A stretch of 64,000 nucleotides of DNA from Vulcanimicrobiota bacterium (GTDB lineage: Bacteria; Vulcanimicrobiota; Vulcanimicrobiia; Vulcanimicrobiales; Vulcanimicrobiaceae): positions 672,001 through 736,000 of the forward strand of contig CAVTCS010000003.1 of NCBI GenBank assembly GCA_963733295.1. The letters run 5' to 3'. Under the pieces are notes generated by a model. It made no database searches. It saw only the letters and a list, made by a program, of their open reading frames with translations, and was not told the origin of the DNA. Numbering within the stretch: position 1 is the first letter of the stretch; each line of letters starts with the position of its first letter. A program made the position numbers and the translations under genes. Below are positions 39,358-52,192 of the stretch, one piece after another.

Positions 39358-39392
39358 ACTGTTAGTGCGGCTCGTCAAGCAGTCTGGCCCAA

Positions 39393-41855
39393 ATGCATAG
39401 AAAGAAATTAACCCCGACCAATCAATTGACGGCTCGTGAAAACGAAGTCGCTGCTCTCGTTGCTGCCGGCAAATCAAATCGCGCGATCGCCGAGGTCTTG
39501 TGGCTCAGCGAGCGCACCGTCGAGAATCACGTTAGGTCGATTTTCGCGAAGCTCGATACTGACTCACGAGTAGGAGTCGCCAACGCGCTTCTGCGGGCTG
39601 ATTCGCAGAAGCGACTAAACACGGCATCCGAATCTAGGCCGCTCAGCAACCTTCCGTTCAACCTGAGCTCATTCGTGAATCGCGACACCGAGCTTGCGGA
39701 ACTCACGAGGTTGCTGGAAAAGCATCGGCTCGTTACGATCACGGGTTCCGGGGGCGTCGGCAAGACACGCACCGCGCTCCGGGTCGCGGCTAGTCTTCTC
39801 GATGGGTTTCGCGATGGCGCGTGGTTCATCGAACTTGCGCCGCTGAGGAGTGGCGCCTACATAGTTTCGACTGTCGCCGGGGCGCTCGACGTTCAACTCA
39901 TGGCTGAAGGCGAGCCGCGCGATGTTCTCGCCCGTGCGCTCAAGTCGATGCACGCGTTGCTCGTTTTTGACAACTGCGAGCACCTGCTCGCCGCTACCGC
40001 CGAGGTCATTCTACCGATCCTGCAGCGTTGTCCGACCGTGACGATTCTCGCGACAAGTCGTGAAGCTCTGGGCATCGACGGCGAGGAATGCTACCGCTTG
40101 CCGTCGCTGGACGTTCCAATTGAAGAGAATCTGGAACGCCTGCGTGGAAGCGACGCGATCGGTTTTCCGGCCATCGCACTTTTCGTCGATCGAGCGCAGG
40201 CAGTCGACAAGCAATTTGCGTTAACCGATAAAAATGCAACGACGGTCGCCAGAATTTGCCGCCAGCTCGATGGGATACCTCTTGCGATCGAGTTGGCTGC
40301 CTCGCGCGTCGCGATTCTCAGTCCGCGACAGCTGCACGAGCGTATCGCCGAACGGTTCAGTATCCTCACCAACGATGGTCGAAATGCCATCCCTCGCCAC
40401 AAGACTCTGCGAGCGCTGATCGACTGGAGTCACGACTTGCTCGAAGATCGCGAGTGTACGCTCTTTCGGCGCGTCGGGATCTTCGAAAACGGATTCTCAC
40501 TGGAAAGCGCAATCGCGGTCGCAAGCGCCGACGACCTGAACGAGGCTGATGTTTTCGAAGGCCTTGCGTCGCTCGTTGACAAGTCGCTCGTTCTGGCCGA
40601 ACCAGATGGCGATGCCTTGCGGTTTCGCCTGCTCGAATCGACTCGAGCTTACGCCTCAGAGAAAATGGTTATCGCCGGCGAACGCGAGCTTCTTGTTCAC
40701 AGCCGCTTAAGGTATTTGCGCGCTAAGTTCTCGAAGTTAAGGCGACTTGCCGAGCAGACCGCGCGCTTTACTGAGATCCATAACGCCTTTTCGTTGGAGT
40801 TGGCTGACATTCGAGCTGCGCTGGATGAAGCGTTCAAAGGTGCCGATCTTATCGCTGGCAGTGAGCTCCTCGCGGACATTGGAGAGTGTTGGAACTATCT
40901 TTATCTAAACAACGAAGGCACACGGTGGATCGAAAACGGCTTAGCAAGTCTGGAAAACGGCGAGTGCGTGCTTCTCGCTCGACTATCGGTCGCATTGTCT
41001 TACGTCCTTGCAGCCGATCAACAACATGGTCGCGCGTACGAGTTGGCTGTGCGAGGTGTCGCGCGCGCACGAGCCTGCGGCGACGGCGAGATCCTGGCTC
41101 ATGCCCTAACAAGATACGCTAATAGCTCTAGCGCTCGCGGCGATCTTGAGAACGCGGAAAGCGCGTACGCCGAGGCTGAGAAGATGCCCGATCTTCCCTT
41201 GGGGTTACGGCTTCGGCTGCTGAGTGCTCTGTCTTCCGTGCTGCGCGGCAGGGGCGACATAGTCGGCGCGGCGCGCGTTATCGCACAGGTGCGTAAGCAG
41301 CACCAGGATCTGGGAAACCGACGCGAAGAAGGCGTATATGCGATATGGCTCGCCGAGGAAGAGTACGAGAGCGGGCAGACCCGGCATGCGATAACGACGG
41401 CCCGCGAGACGTTGCCGACGATGCACGGGAGCGGCCGTCTTCTTCTGCTGGCAGACCTAACTGGTTATCTCGCGGCGGTAGATGACCTTCCCGGAACGTT
41501 CGATGTGGCACGCGAGGCCATTCTTCAGCGCACAACATCGAACCGCGACTTGGTCAATTCTTCAATAGCGATCGGGCATCTCGCACTGGCATTGGCATTG
41601 GCCGGCGAGCTCTTCTGCGCCGCGACACTCACTGGCTACAGCGACGCCGCTGAGCGGTTCGGTTACCCGCGCACCTTCATCGAAGAAGACACGCATGTTC
41701 GCATCACACAACTTTTTCGCGATCGGCTGACACCCGAGCAGCTCACGTCGCTGACCGCGGAGGGTGCCACTTTGACCTCCGAGACAGCTGTCGCGCTCGC
41801 GCGAGAGGCCATTACACGAGCGCGTGCTGCCCACCCGAGGGAAGTTGAGTACTAG
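39393..41855 (+). CDS. LuxR-HTH + STAND ATPase + TPR-like transcriptional regulator
   Basis: [59 protein letters not shown]. Confidence 0.9.
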   Translation: MHRKKLTPTNQLTARENEVAALVAAGKSNRAIAEVLWLSERTVENHVRSIFAKLDTDSRVGVANALLRADSQKRLNTASESRPLSNLPFNLSSFVNRDTELAELTRLLEKHRLVTITGSGGVGKTRTALRVAASLLDGFRDGAWFIELAPLRSGAYIVSTVAGALDVQLMAEGEPRDVLARALKSMHALLVFDNCEHLLAATAEVILPILQRCPTVTILATSREALGIDGEECYRLPSLDVPIEENLERLRGSDAIGFPAIALFVDRAQAVDKQFALTDKNATTVARICRQLDGIPLAIELAASRVAILSPRQLHERIAERFSILTNDGRNAIPRHKTLRALIDWSHDLLEDRECTLFRRVGIFENGFSLESAIAVASADDLNEADVFEGLASLVDKSLVLAEPDGDALRFRLLESTRAYASEKMVIAGERELLVHSRLRYLRAKFSKLRRLAEQTARFTEIHNAFSLELADIRAALDEAFKGADLIAGSELLADIGECWNYLYLNNEGTRWIENGLASLENGECVLLARLSVALSYVLAADQQHGRAYELAVRGVARARACGDGEILAHALTRYANSSSARGDLENAESAYAEAEKMPDLPLGLRLRLLSALSSVLRGRGDIVGAARVIAQVRKQHQDLGNRREEGVYAIWLAEEEYESGQTRHAITTARETLPTMHGSGRLLLLADLTGYLAAVDDLPGTFDVAREAILQRTTSNRDLVNSSIAIGHLALALALAGELFCAATLTGYSDAAERFGYPRTFIEEDTHVRITQLFRDRLTPEQLTSLTAEGATLTSETAVALAREAITRARAAHPREVEY

Positions 41856-42049
41856 CACTCATACGCGATGACTGGCTTTTTGGTAGCGTGCCTTTAGAAG
41901 GCGAAGCACAAACCATGGAACGCTACAACGTCCTAAAGACAGGCGACTGACCGAAGGGCAACGCCCTCTCTGCTAACAGAACTGCCGCGCCGAGCCATCG
42001 CGGGCAATTGTTCCGCAAGAACGCCGGCATCTTATTGTGAGGAAATTCA

Positions 42050-42205
42050 ATGTTCGCTCTGCTCTTTGCTATGCTTTTTAGCCTGACGCCGTATGGCATG
42101 GTTAAGGTACACGAACCAATCAAATGCAGCCCAACTAATCTGGCGGGTCAACCCACCTTGTGCGTCAGACCAGCTCCCATTATACCTCTGCGTCCAGCTC
42201 CGTAG
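42050..42205 (+). CDS. Candidate 51-aa secreted peptide
   Basis: GAGGA RBS; hydrophobic N-terminus MFALLFAMLFSL, two Cys, Pro-rich tail; below the ORF-track cutoff. Confidence 0.4.
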   Translation: MFALLFAMLFSLTPYGMVKVHEPIKCSPTNLAGQPTLCVRPAPIIPLRPAP

Positions 42206-42353
42206 GGCTATAGCGAACGATCCATCAGAGCGTCGACCTCGACAAGTTCCGAGCAAGAACCGTCGGGGTCGACCGCTGCTTCGGAACAGCGCGATCACAA
42301 CTTCGGTTCTCGCGGCGTTGCTACGGCAGAACGATTTGCTGGAGCATCAAGAC

Positions 42354-43082
42354 GTGAGCGTACCGTCGCCCGCCAAGCTTCGCAATTTCCTCGGTTGGGC
42401 ATTCGTCATCTCGATCGCGCTGCATCTCGCGCTGCTTCCGATCGTTGGGCGCAGTCGACCGCTTCCAGCGGCGCCCGAGCCGCACCGCGATATTCTCTTC
42501 ACTTTCACAATACCGACGCCGCCGCCGCATCCGCGACCAACGCCCCGACCAATGCCAAGAGCTCCTTTGCCCGCGCGGACGCACCCGACGCAATCCGCAG
42601 CGCGGCCGTTGGCGCACGCGCCGCAGATTCACCACGAGCTTTCGCATCAAGCGGTGAGCGCGGCACTGGTGCCGGAGCCCGCTGGGACAGACGGTTCGGC
42701 GACCGCCGGTGCGGGCGGCGGCGTGAGCGAGGGTCCCGGCGACGCAAGCTCCGCGGGGACTGGATCAGCGGCGACACCTTCACCCACGCCAAAGGCCTCG
42801 TGCGCGCAGCCCCACGTCGACGCGGCGGTGACGCGTGCGGTCGAACCGGATTATCCCGAACTTGCCCGCCAGCAGGGCCTCACGGGAACGACGCAAGTCA
42901 AAGTCACGCTCGCCGAAACCGGGACGGTGGTGGACGCGCAAGTGTACGCGAGTTCCGGCAGTCCCGCGCTCGACGCCGCCGCAATTGCCGCTGCCAAGCG
43001 CAGTATCTATACGCCCGAGATCGACGACTGCCGGCAGCACGCTGGTTCGTATCTCTTTCGGGCAGAATTTTCCGCACAGTAA
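42354..43082 (+). CDS. TonB-family protein
   Basis: TM with SIALH, Pro-rich linker, PDYP..AR..G..G..V.V.L, SSG...LD.AA. Confidence 0.85.
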   Translation: MSVPSPAKLRNFLGWAFVISIALHLALLPIVGRSRPLPAAPEPHRDILFTFTIPTPPPHPRPTPRPMPRAPLPARTHPTQSAARPLAHAPQIHHELSHQAVSAALVPEPAGTDGSATAGAGGGVSEGPGDASSAGTGSAATPSPTPKASCAQPHVDAAVTRAVEPDYPELARQQGLTGTTQVKVTLAETGTVVDAQVYASSGSPALDAAAIAAAKRSIYTPEIDDCRQHAGSYLFRAEFSAQ

Positions 43083-43269
43083 CTCGTCCGCACTCTAGAT
43101 GCAGTCGGCCGGTTCGTACTTCCTAGCGGGTCTTTTGGCGTGTGGAATTCCAGCTTAGCTCTCAGTAATCAGATCCGGGTCGGACTACCGCTCGCAATTA
43201 TTTTGACGCACGAGAACCGCAAGCATGATCCCGACTAAGCTTAGCGCAGCAATCTACGATAGACCCGAA

Positions 43270-43737
43270 TTAGAAGGGCTTCGCGGACATCAGCCAGATC
43301 AGGCAAGCCCACAGCAACGTGCTTACCCAAAACAAAGGAACCGCGAGAGGGTCGCTGATCGCAGCAGCAAGATCGGGTGACGGTACTGCATCGGGCGACT
43401 TTTGCGCGAGCGCGCCAATGCGGATCTCGCGCAGCATGTGATATCCAAAGCCGAGCGCCATTATGAGTGCAAAGACGACGTAGCTCGCGATCAGCCACCC
43501 GGCGCCGAAGGACATGTTGCTTCGCCAGACAGCAACCAGGCCAAGTAGTGCCGTAAGGATCGCGACCGGTCCACCGATCTTGCCGTGAAAACTCGTAAGC
43601 TGGTAAATCCGTCGAATGAAAGGGACGTCGCGCGTGTGCGCTGCCATCTCCAGAATGAACCCCGGCACGACGAGCAGGGAGATCGCGACGAACGCGAACA
43701 GCACATGAAGAAAATAGACGCCCGACATCGATTCCAT
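43270..43737 (-). CDS. DUF2269-like membrane protein
   Basis: FLHVL, four TMs, GWL..S, C-terminal WLM..KPF. Confidence 0.75.
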   Translation of the reverse strand: MESMSGVYFLHVLFAFVAISLLVVPGFILEMAAHTRDVPFIRRIYQLTSFHGKIGGPVAILTALLGLVAVWRSNMSFGAGWLIASYVVFALIMALGFGYHMLREIRIGALAQKSPDAVPSPDLAAAISDPLAVPLFWVSTLLWACLIWLMSAKPF

Positions 43738-43854
43738 TGCCGTAGTCTTTTTCAGGCAGCGAAGATCCCCCGCCGACTCGGGCGCTCGAAGACGCCTGCG
43801 CGAGCGAGGTTAACCTTGGCCGGCGATGCGGTTGATCCGGGACATCAAGTATGC

Positions 43855-44093
43855 CGGCGCGCGCACGCGGAGAAGGCCGGAATCTCGACGACTCGACTGC
43901 ACGATCTGCGGCACACGGCAGAGTCCTTCCTTATATCGATTGGGGTCGACGTTCGCACGACTGCCAGCCTCCTCGGACATTCGAATCCCAGCGTCACGCT
44001 CGGCCTGTACGCGCACGTTGTCGAGGGCGCCAACGCTCCGCTGTCGATGTCCTTGGCGACCGTCTCACCGCCGCGATCGCAAGCAAGAAATAG
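43855..44093 (+). mobile_element. Tyrosine integrase C-terminal remnant
   Basis: RLHDLRHT, LLGHS, catalytic Y in TLGLYAH; N-terminus absent; frameshift near 44030; adjacent to tRNA 3' end. Confidence 0.85.
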
Positions 44094-44150
44094 CTCGCCC
44101 CGAAATCGCGTTTGCAACCGTTTTGCGACCGCGGCGCTCCGGGCAAAGAA

Positions 44151-44174
44151 GAAAGCCCGTCTTACCGGGCTTTC
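44151..44174 (-). terminator. Hairpin just 3' of the tRNA
   Basis: GAAAGCCCG/CGGGCTTTC inverted repeat followed by UUCUUU on the minus strand. Confidence 0.65.
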
Positions 44175-44176
44175 AA

Positions 44177-44253
<77 letters not shown>

Positions 44254-44266
44254 ATAGGCGAACCCA

Positions 44267-44295
44267 ACTATAGCGCCGCCCTGTGCGTCTGTCAA
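44267..44295 (-). promoter_or_regulatory. Sigma70-type promoter of the tRNA
   Basis: TTGACA-N17-TATAGT. Confidence 0.85.
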
Positions 44296-44345
44296 ATGCA
44301 AAGCTAGGAAGCGGGAGGCTCGGGCAAGCCTCGGAATCTGCGGGA

Positions 44346-45380
44346 ATGGTCGATCCTGCGTTCGTGCGCGCGTTGCCGAAGGTTCAGCTGCACTGTCATC
44401 TCGAGGGGACCGTGCGAGCGGCGACGTTCCGCGAACTGGCCGAACTGCATGGGGTCGAAAGCGAGCGGCTCGCGCGCCCGCCCTCCGAGACCTACGCGTT
44501 CGATCGGTTCGGCGAGTTCCTGCTGCTCTTCGCCGAAGTCTGCAAGACGTTGGCGACGCCGGCAGATTTCGCGCGCATCGGCCGCGACTACGTTGCCGAC
44601 GCCGCGGCGCAAGGCGTGCGCTACGCGGAGATTTTCATCTCGCCTTCGGTTTGGACTTTTTTCCACCGCAACCTCGACGTCGAGGAAACGGTCGTCGCGC
44701 TGCGCGCGGCGCTTGACGACGAAGGTCGCGCTCACGACCTGGAAGTCGCGCTGATCTGCGACCTGACGCGTAACTTCGGCGTCGAGCGCGCCCTCGAAAC
44801 CGCTCGCATCGCGGCGGATCTTGCCGAGGCTGGACTGGGCGTGGTCGGGGTCGGCCTCGGAGGCGACGAGGCGAACTTTCCGGCCGCGCTCTTTCGCGAA
44901 CCGTATGAGTTCGCGCGGGCCCGCGGGTTGCATCGCGTCGTTCACGCGGGAGAGGCGGCTGGGCCGGGCAGCGTCCGCGACGCGCTCGACGTACTCCGTG
45001 CCGAGCGGGTAGGTCACGGCGTGCGCGCGCTCGACCATCCACAGCTCGTGCGCGATTTGGCCGAGCGCCGCGTTGCGCTCGAGCTTTGCCCAACCTCGAA
45101 TCGCCTGACCGGCGCCGTCGCGGCCGGCATGCCTCATCCGATCGGTGCTTTCGATGCGGCGGGCGTTCTGTGCACGATCGACGCCGACGATCCGGCGCTC
45201 TTTTCAACGACGCTCTGCGACGAGTACGCGCTGGTCGGCGCGGAACTCGGGACCGATGCTCTGCGCCGCTTCGCGCGAAACGCCGTCGAGGCTAGCTTCG
45301 CCTCGCCGGAGCGCAAAGCGAGCCTGTATCGCGAGCTCGACATTTTCGACCTGGAAACGGCACCCTCGCGTCGAAGCTAG
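44346..45380 (+). CDS. add: Adenosine/adenine deaminase
   Basis: LPKVQLHCHLEG, HAGE, RVGHG, CPTSN, ADDP. Confidence 0.9.
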   Translation: MVDPAFVRALPKVQLHCHLEGTVRAATFRELAELHGVESERLARPPSETYAFDRFGEFLLLFAEVCKTLATPADFARIGRDYVADAAAQGVRYAEIFISPSVWTFFHRNLDVEETVVALRAALDDEGRAHDLEVALICDLTRNFGVERALETARIAADLAEAGLGVVGVGLGGDEANFPAALFREPYEFARARGLHRVVHAGEAAGPGSVRDALDVLRAERVGHGVRALDHPQLVRDLAERRVALELCPTSNRLTGAVAAGMPHPIGAFDAAGVLCTIDADDPALFSTTLCDEYALVGAELGTDALRRFARNAVEASFASPERKASLYRELDIFDLETAPSRRS

Positions 45381-45387
45381 GTTGCCT

Positions 45388-46101
45388 ATGGCTGGGCACA
45401 CCCATTTTGACGAGTCGACCGAGGAGTATCTCGAGGCGATCTACCGGCTCGAGCGCGAGGGACCGGGCGTCACCACGTCGGCGGTCGCGAGCGAACTCGG
45501 CGTCGCGCCCGCCTCGGTTTCGGGCATGCTGAAGAAGCTGGCCTCGGAGGGTTTGATCGAGCACCGCGCGCGCGGCGAAGCGAAACTGACGCCGAGCGGC
45601 CTCGAGATCGCGGTCCGCGTGATTCGCCGTCACCGCCTGGCCGAATGCTTGCTGACCGACGTGCTCGGAATGTCCTGGGACGAAGTTCATTCCGAAGCGT
45701 GCCGCCTGGAACACGCGATCTCGAGTGCGGTGGAAGCCCGGCTCGTGACGTTGCTCGGCGATCCGAAGGTCTGTCCTCACGGTCTTCCGATTCCGCCGGC
45801 CGACGGAAGCGATCCGCCGAGGCCCGGCGTTCCGCTCGCGCAGATCGCGAGTGGCGAGCGAGCGCTGGTTCATGGCGTCACGGAAGAAGTTCCCGAGATC
45901 TTGCGATACTTGGGCGAGATCGGTCTGCGCCCCGGTGCGTTCGTCGAAGTTATCGAGAAAGCGCCGCTCGGCGGCCCGGTCACGATTTCGGTCAACGGGT
46001 CGCGCCACGCGATCTCGCTCGAGCTGGCTCGCATGGTGACGGTAATCGGCACCGTCGAGAGCGGTAGCGAAACCCTCGAACCGGCTACTGCGCGCGCTTG
46101 A
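45388..46101 (+). CDS. DtxR/MntR family metal-dependent regulator with FeoA domain
   Basis: EEYLEAIY, SVSGMLKKL, RRHRLAE..L, EAC.LEH, CPHG.PIP. Confidence 0.92.
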   Translation: MAGHTHFDESTEEYLEAIYRLEREGPGVTTSAVASELGVAPASVSGMLKKLASEGLIEHRARGEAKLTPSGLEIAVRVIRRHRLAECLLTDVLGMSWDEVHSEACRLEHAISSAVEARLVTLLGDPKVCPHGLPIPPADGSDPPRPGVPLAQIASGERALVHGVTEEVPEILRYLGEIGLRPGAFVEVIEKAPLGGPVTISVNGSRHAISLELARMVTVIGTVESGSETLEPATARA

Positions 46102-46137
46102 ACCTAGCCGGCGGTCGCGCCGTCAAACGATGATCCA

Positions 46138-46782
46138 ATGACGGTCACGAGCGTTCTCATCGCGCTTAACGTCGTCGCGTTCCTTTGGGAAATTTCGACG
46201 GGAGGCCTCAGCAGCGACGCGGCGTTGCTTTCGCACGGCGCGCTGTACGGGCCCGCGGTCGTCAAGGGCCACCAATACTGGCGGATCGCAAGCGGCGCGT
46301 TTCTGCATGGAGGATGGCTGCATATCGCCTTCAACATGTGGGCGCTTTACGTCGTCGGAACCGCCGTCGAGCGTTTCCTCGGCGGTCCGCGCATGCTCGC
46401 GATCTACATCCTCTCGATGATCGGCTCGGGAATCACCATCGTACTCTTTAGCCCCGACGCGATTACCGTTGGCGCGAGTGGCGCGATCTTCGGACTCTTC
46501 GGCGCGCTGGTCGGAATCGGCATACGGTTGGGCAAGCCGGGTCGCAGCCTCATCGGGCAAGTCGTTCCGATCATTCTCATCAACTTGGTCATCACGTTTA
46601 CGGTACCGAACATCTCGGCAGCTGGTCATATCGGCGGCTTGCTCACCGGTTTCTTGGTCGGACTCGCCGCGTTCGAAATGCGGCCGCGCGCAGCCATGGC
46701 CCCGGCCTACGCCGTCGAGGTTCCAGCCGAAGCGCGAGAGCCCGAGGAGATGGCCGAAACGGAAGGCGCGCGCGAGCCGTGA
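46138..46782 (+). CDS. Rhomboid intramembrane serine protease
   Basis: YWR...FLH...HI.FNM, GASG, GHIGG. Confidence 0.92.
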   Translation: MTVTSVLIALNVVAFLWEISTGGLSSDAALLSHGALYGPAVVKGHQYWRIASGAFLHGGWLHIAFNMWALYVVGTAVERFLGGPRMLAIYILSMIGSGITIVLFSPDAITVGASGAIFGLFGALVGIGIRLGKPGRSLIGQVVPIILINLVITFTVPNISAAGHIGGLLTGFLVGLAAFEMRPRAAMAPAYAVEVPAEAREPEEMAETEGAREP

Positions 46783-48686
46783 GTTCGACGCTCGAATCGA
46801 TCGAGGCAGTCTTCTCCGGTTCGGGTCCGCTCGCGCGCGCCTTACCCGGCTTCGAGTCGCGCGCGGGACAAGTGCAGATGTCGAAGCTTGTGGAGCGCGG
46901 CTTCCTCGAAGGCGCGCACACCATCGTCGAAGCGGGAACCGGCGTCGGTAAATCGCTCGCGTATCTGGTGCCGGCGCTGCGCAGCGGCAAAAAGGTAGTC
47001 GTCTCGACCGCCACGATCGCGCTGCAAGAACAGCTCGTCAGGAAGGACATCCCGCTCGTGCTCGACGCGCTCGGTATCGGTGCGCGGGTGGCTCTGCTGA
47101 AAGGCCGCAACCACTACCTGTGCCGCGCCAAGCTCGACCGGATGCGCTCCGAGCGCCTGATCGCCTCGAGCGGAACGATGGAAAAGATGTGGGAGTGGGC
47201 CGGGCACACGCAGACCGGCGATCGGGCCGAGTTGCCGTTCGCGCCGCCGCCGTCCGAGTGGGAGCAGCTCGACGCCGACGCCGACGATTGCGTCGGCGAG
47301 TTCTGCGAGAGCTATCGCGACTGCCATTTCTTCGCGCGACGCGATGAGGCGAAGTTCGCCGATCTCGTCGTCGTCAACCACGCGCTTTTCTTTCTCGATC
47401 TGACGATGGGTGGAACGCTCTTACCGCCCTACGACTTCGCGATCTTGGATGAAGCTCATCAATGCGAACGCTGGGCATCGGCCGCCTTGACCGCGACGCT
47501 CTCGCACGCGAGCGTCGCGCGCTTGCTGCGCCGTCTGCATCGCGTCTACGTCCTTCCGGCAAACTACGACGCCGAGGTCGACGAGGGGATGCGCGGCCTC
47601 GTCCAAACGCTGGCGCGAGTACCCGGCGAACGCTACCCGCTCGCCGCAAACGAAGCCGCCTGCGAAGCGCTCGGCGTCTTACAGCAGTCGTTCTTCCGTC
47701 TTGAAAATTGGCTCTACGCGAACTGGCAAGCCGCCTTGAAGCGTCCTCCGGACAATCTCGCCGAGGCTGAGCGACGCCGGGACCTCTCGATGCGCGGCAT
47801 CCTCGCGCACATTGCGACGATCGAGCGGACTTCACTTCCGCCCGAAGAGGCGATCAGTTGGGTCGAACGTTACGAGGGCGAAGGGCGCTATGAGGTCAAC
47901 TCGGCGCCGTTCGACGTCGCCGAATTCTTGCGCACCGCGCTGTTCAAGCACGCCCAGAGCGTCGTTCTGACGAGCGCGACGATTGCGGCCGGTGACTCGT
48001 TCGCGTTCCTGCGCGAGTCGCTCGGCGTCGACGAAGCGCAAGAGTACGTCGCGCCGTCCCCGTTTGACTATCTCGCGCAAGCCCGGCTGTACGTCGCTCC
48101 CGCCGACTGCAATCCCAAAGCGGAAAGCTTCGCAGGCAAAGTCGCGCCGATCATCGAGGAGGCGCTCGATCTGAGCCGCGGACGCGCCTTCGTTCTGTTT
48201 ACGTCCTACAAGCGGCTGCACGAAGTCTATCGATTGCTCCGCGAGCGTCTGCCCTTCCCGGTGAAACTGCAAGGCGAACTGCCGCGGGCGCATCTCCTCG
48301 AATGGTTCCGCCGGACCAAGAACGCGGTGCTCTTCGCGACCGGTACGTTTTGGGAGGGCATCGACGTTGCCGGCGACCAGCTCTCGTGCGTCATCGTCGA
48401 CCGTCTACCGTTTCCCCCGCCGGCCGACCCGTTGATTGCGGCGAGGCTCGCCGCGATCGAAGCCGCCGGGCGGCCGAGCTTCGAAGAGTTCATGATCCCC
48501 TCGGCGATCGTCCGGCTGAAACAAGGTTTCGGGCGGCTCATCCGCTCGAAGACCGATCGCGGACTGCTCGTCCTTCTCGACGGACGCGTCGGCGCGATGC
48601 GCTACGGCGACGCGATTCTGAGCGCGCTCCCGCAGGCGACTCGCGTGGAGCGGCTCGACGAGCTCCGCAATTTCTTTTTCCCGTAG
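46779..48686 (+). CDS. dinG: DinG/YoaA family ATP-dependent helicase
   Basis: EAGTGVGKS, KGRNHYLC, Fe-S Cys cluster, DEAH, QGFGRLIR. Confidence 0.9.
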   Translation: MSSTLESIEAVFSGSGPLARALPGFESRAGQVQMSKLVERGFLEGAHTIVEAGTGVGKSLAYLVPALRSGKKVVVSTATIALQEQLVRKDIPLVLDALGIGARVALLKGRNHYLCRAKLDRMRSERLIASSGTMEKMWEWAGHTQTGDRAELPFAPPPSEWEQLDADADDCVGEFCESYRDCHFFARRDEAKFADLVVVNHALFFLDLTMGGTLLPPYDFAILDEAHQCERWASAALTATLSHASVARLLRRLHRVYVLPANYDAEVDEGMRGLVQTLARVPGERYPLAANEAACEALGVLQQSFFRLENWLYANWQAALKRPPDNLAEAERRRDLSMRGILAHIATIERTSLPPEEAISWVERYEGEGRYEVNSAPFDVAEFLRTALFKHAQSVVLTSATIAAGDSFAFLRESLGVDEAQEYVAPSPFDYLAQARLYVAPADCNPKAESFAGKVAPIIEEALDLSRGRAFVLFTSYKRLHEVYRLLRERLPFPVKLQGELPRAHLLEWFRRTKNAVLFATGTFWEGIDVAGDQLSCVIVDRLPFPPPADPLIAARLAAIEAAGRPSFEEFMIPSAIVRLKQGFGRLIRSKTDRGLLVLLDGRVGAMRYGDAILSALPQATRVERLDELRNFFFP

Positions 48687-48721
48687 GGTCGCGCCCCAGA
48701 ATCGCTGTATAGGCAAATAGG

Positions 48722-50164
48722 ATGGCTACTTCGAGCGAGCTTGAATCCGGCGGCCGCGTGAACGCCGGCAAAGCGTTGCGCTCCCGGGTCCCTCGGTCCG
48801 CGCATGCCGCCTGGCAGCCGCCGGCGGATCGCGCCGACCCCGTGACGCTGCTCGAAGTCTCGAGCCTGGGTCGCATTCCCGAACTCGTCCCCATTCGCTA
48901 CGGGCGTATGGCCCTCTCACCGTTCTCGTTCTTCCGTGGTGCGGCGAACCTGATGGCGGCAGATCTTGCATCGACGCCGTCGACCGGGCTGCGCGTACAG
49001 GTCTGCGGCGATTGCCATCTGATGAACTTCGGCGGCTTTGCGACTCCCGAACGCAGCCTCATCTTCGACATCAACGATTTCGACGAAACGCTTCCGGGCC
49101 CGTGGGAGTGGGACGTCAAACGGCTCGCCACGAGTCTTGTCCTTGCTTCTCGCCACTTGCATCTGCGGCCGGCGAGCGCGGCGAGTGCGGCCTTCGCGGC
49201 TACATCCTCGTATCGCTTGCACATGGCCGACTACGCCCAAATGCCGATTCTCGACCTCTGGTACACCCGGCTCGAGCTCGATTCGCTCGCGGCGATTCTG
49301 GGGCGCGCCGCACTGCGCAAGAGCGGTGCCGTCAAGGCGGCCGCGCATAGCAGCGATCACGTCGCGGCGCGGCTGAGCGATGTGGAGAACGGGAAACGCA
49401 GGATCATCGAAGACCCGCCGCTCATCTTCCACGCGACGCCCGAAGAATATTTGGATCTGGAAGTGGCCGGCTTGTTGCTGCGTTACCGCGAATCGCTGCC
49501 CGACCATTTGCGCGTGTTGCTCGATCGCTACCGGCTCATCGATGCCGCCTATAAGGTCGTCGGTGTCGGGAGCGTCGGCACGCGTTGCGCGGTGGTACTG
49601 CTGATGGCCGACGAACGGAACTCCTTGGTTTTGCAGCTCAAAGAAGCGCGCCGGTCGGTTCTCGAGCCGTTCGTCGACAAGAGCTGCTACAGCAATCAAG
49701 GCCGGCGCGTCGTCGTCGGGCAGCATCTCATGCAGGCCGCCAGCGACATGTTCTTAGGCTGGACGCGCGACGACGCAGGGCACGAGTACTATTTCCGCCA
49801 GTTGCGCGACTGGAAGACCGCGGTGAGCGTGGACGAGATGGGCGGTGCGGACCTTGCCGCGTACGCCGGCTTCTGCGGCTGGGCGCTGGCCCGAGCGCAC
49901 GCCCGGACCGGCGATCCGGCGGCGATCGCCGGTTACATCGGCCGCGGCGACCAGTTCGATCGCGCCGTGTTGTCGTTCTCGAATGCGTACGCCGATCAAA
50001 CAGAGCGCGATTACACCGATTTCATGAAGGCGATCGACTCCGGTCGCCTACCATGCGAAAAACAGGAACCGGCTCTCGCGCCGAAACCTCCCGAACAACC
50101 GAAAGCGCCGCCGGCGAAGCCGGTCGTCGCGAAGGACGCTGCCGCGAAGAAGGTTACGGCGTAA
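48722..50164 (+). CDS. DUF2252 family protein
   Basis: RYGRM..SPF.FFRG, CGDCHL.NFG, DINDFDE, KVVGVGSVG, LARAHAR. Confidence 0.9.
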   Translation: MATSSELESGGRVNAGKALRSRVPRSAHAAWQPPADRADPVTLLEVSSLGRIPELVPIRYGRMALSPFSFFRGAANLMAADLASTPSTGLRVQVCGDCHLMNFGGFATPERSLIFDINDFDETLPGPWEWDVKRLATSLVLASRHLHLRPASAASAAFAATSSYRLHMADYAQMPILDLWYTRLELDSLAAILGRAALRKSGAVKAAAHSSDHVAARLSDVENGKRRIIEDPPLIFHATPEEYLDLEVAGLLLRYRESLPDHLRVLLDRYRLIDAAYKVVGVGSVGTRCAVVLLMADERNSLVLQLKEARRSVLEPFVDKSCYSNQGRRVVVGQHLMQAASDMFLGWTRDDAGHEYYFRQLRDWKTAVSVDEMGGADLAAYAGFCGWALARAHARTGDPAAIAGYIGRGDQFDRAVLSFSNAYADQTERDYTDFMKAIDSGRLPCEKQEPALAPKPPEQPKAPPAKPVVAKDAAAKKVTA

Positions 50165-50180
50165 CCGTAACGAGGGGGGG

Positions 50181-52142
<1,962 letters not shown>

Positions 52143-52192
52143 GTGATGCGATTGGTTTGCCTCACCGCCGGTCCCTCCCGGAAGCTTTTCGC

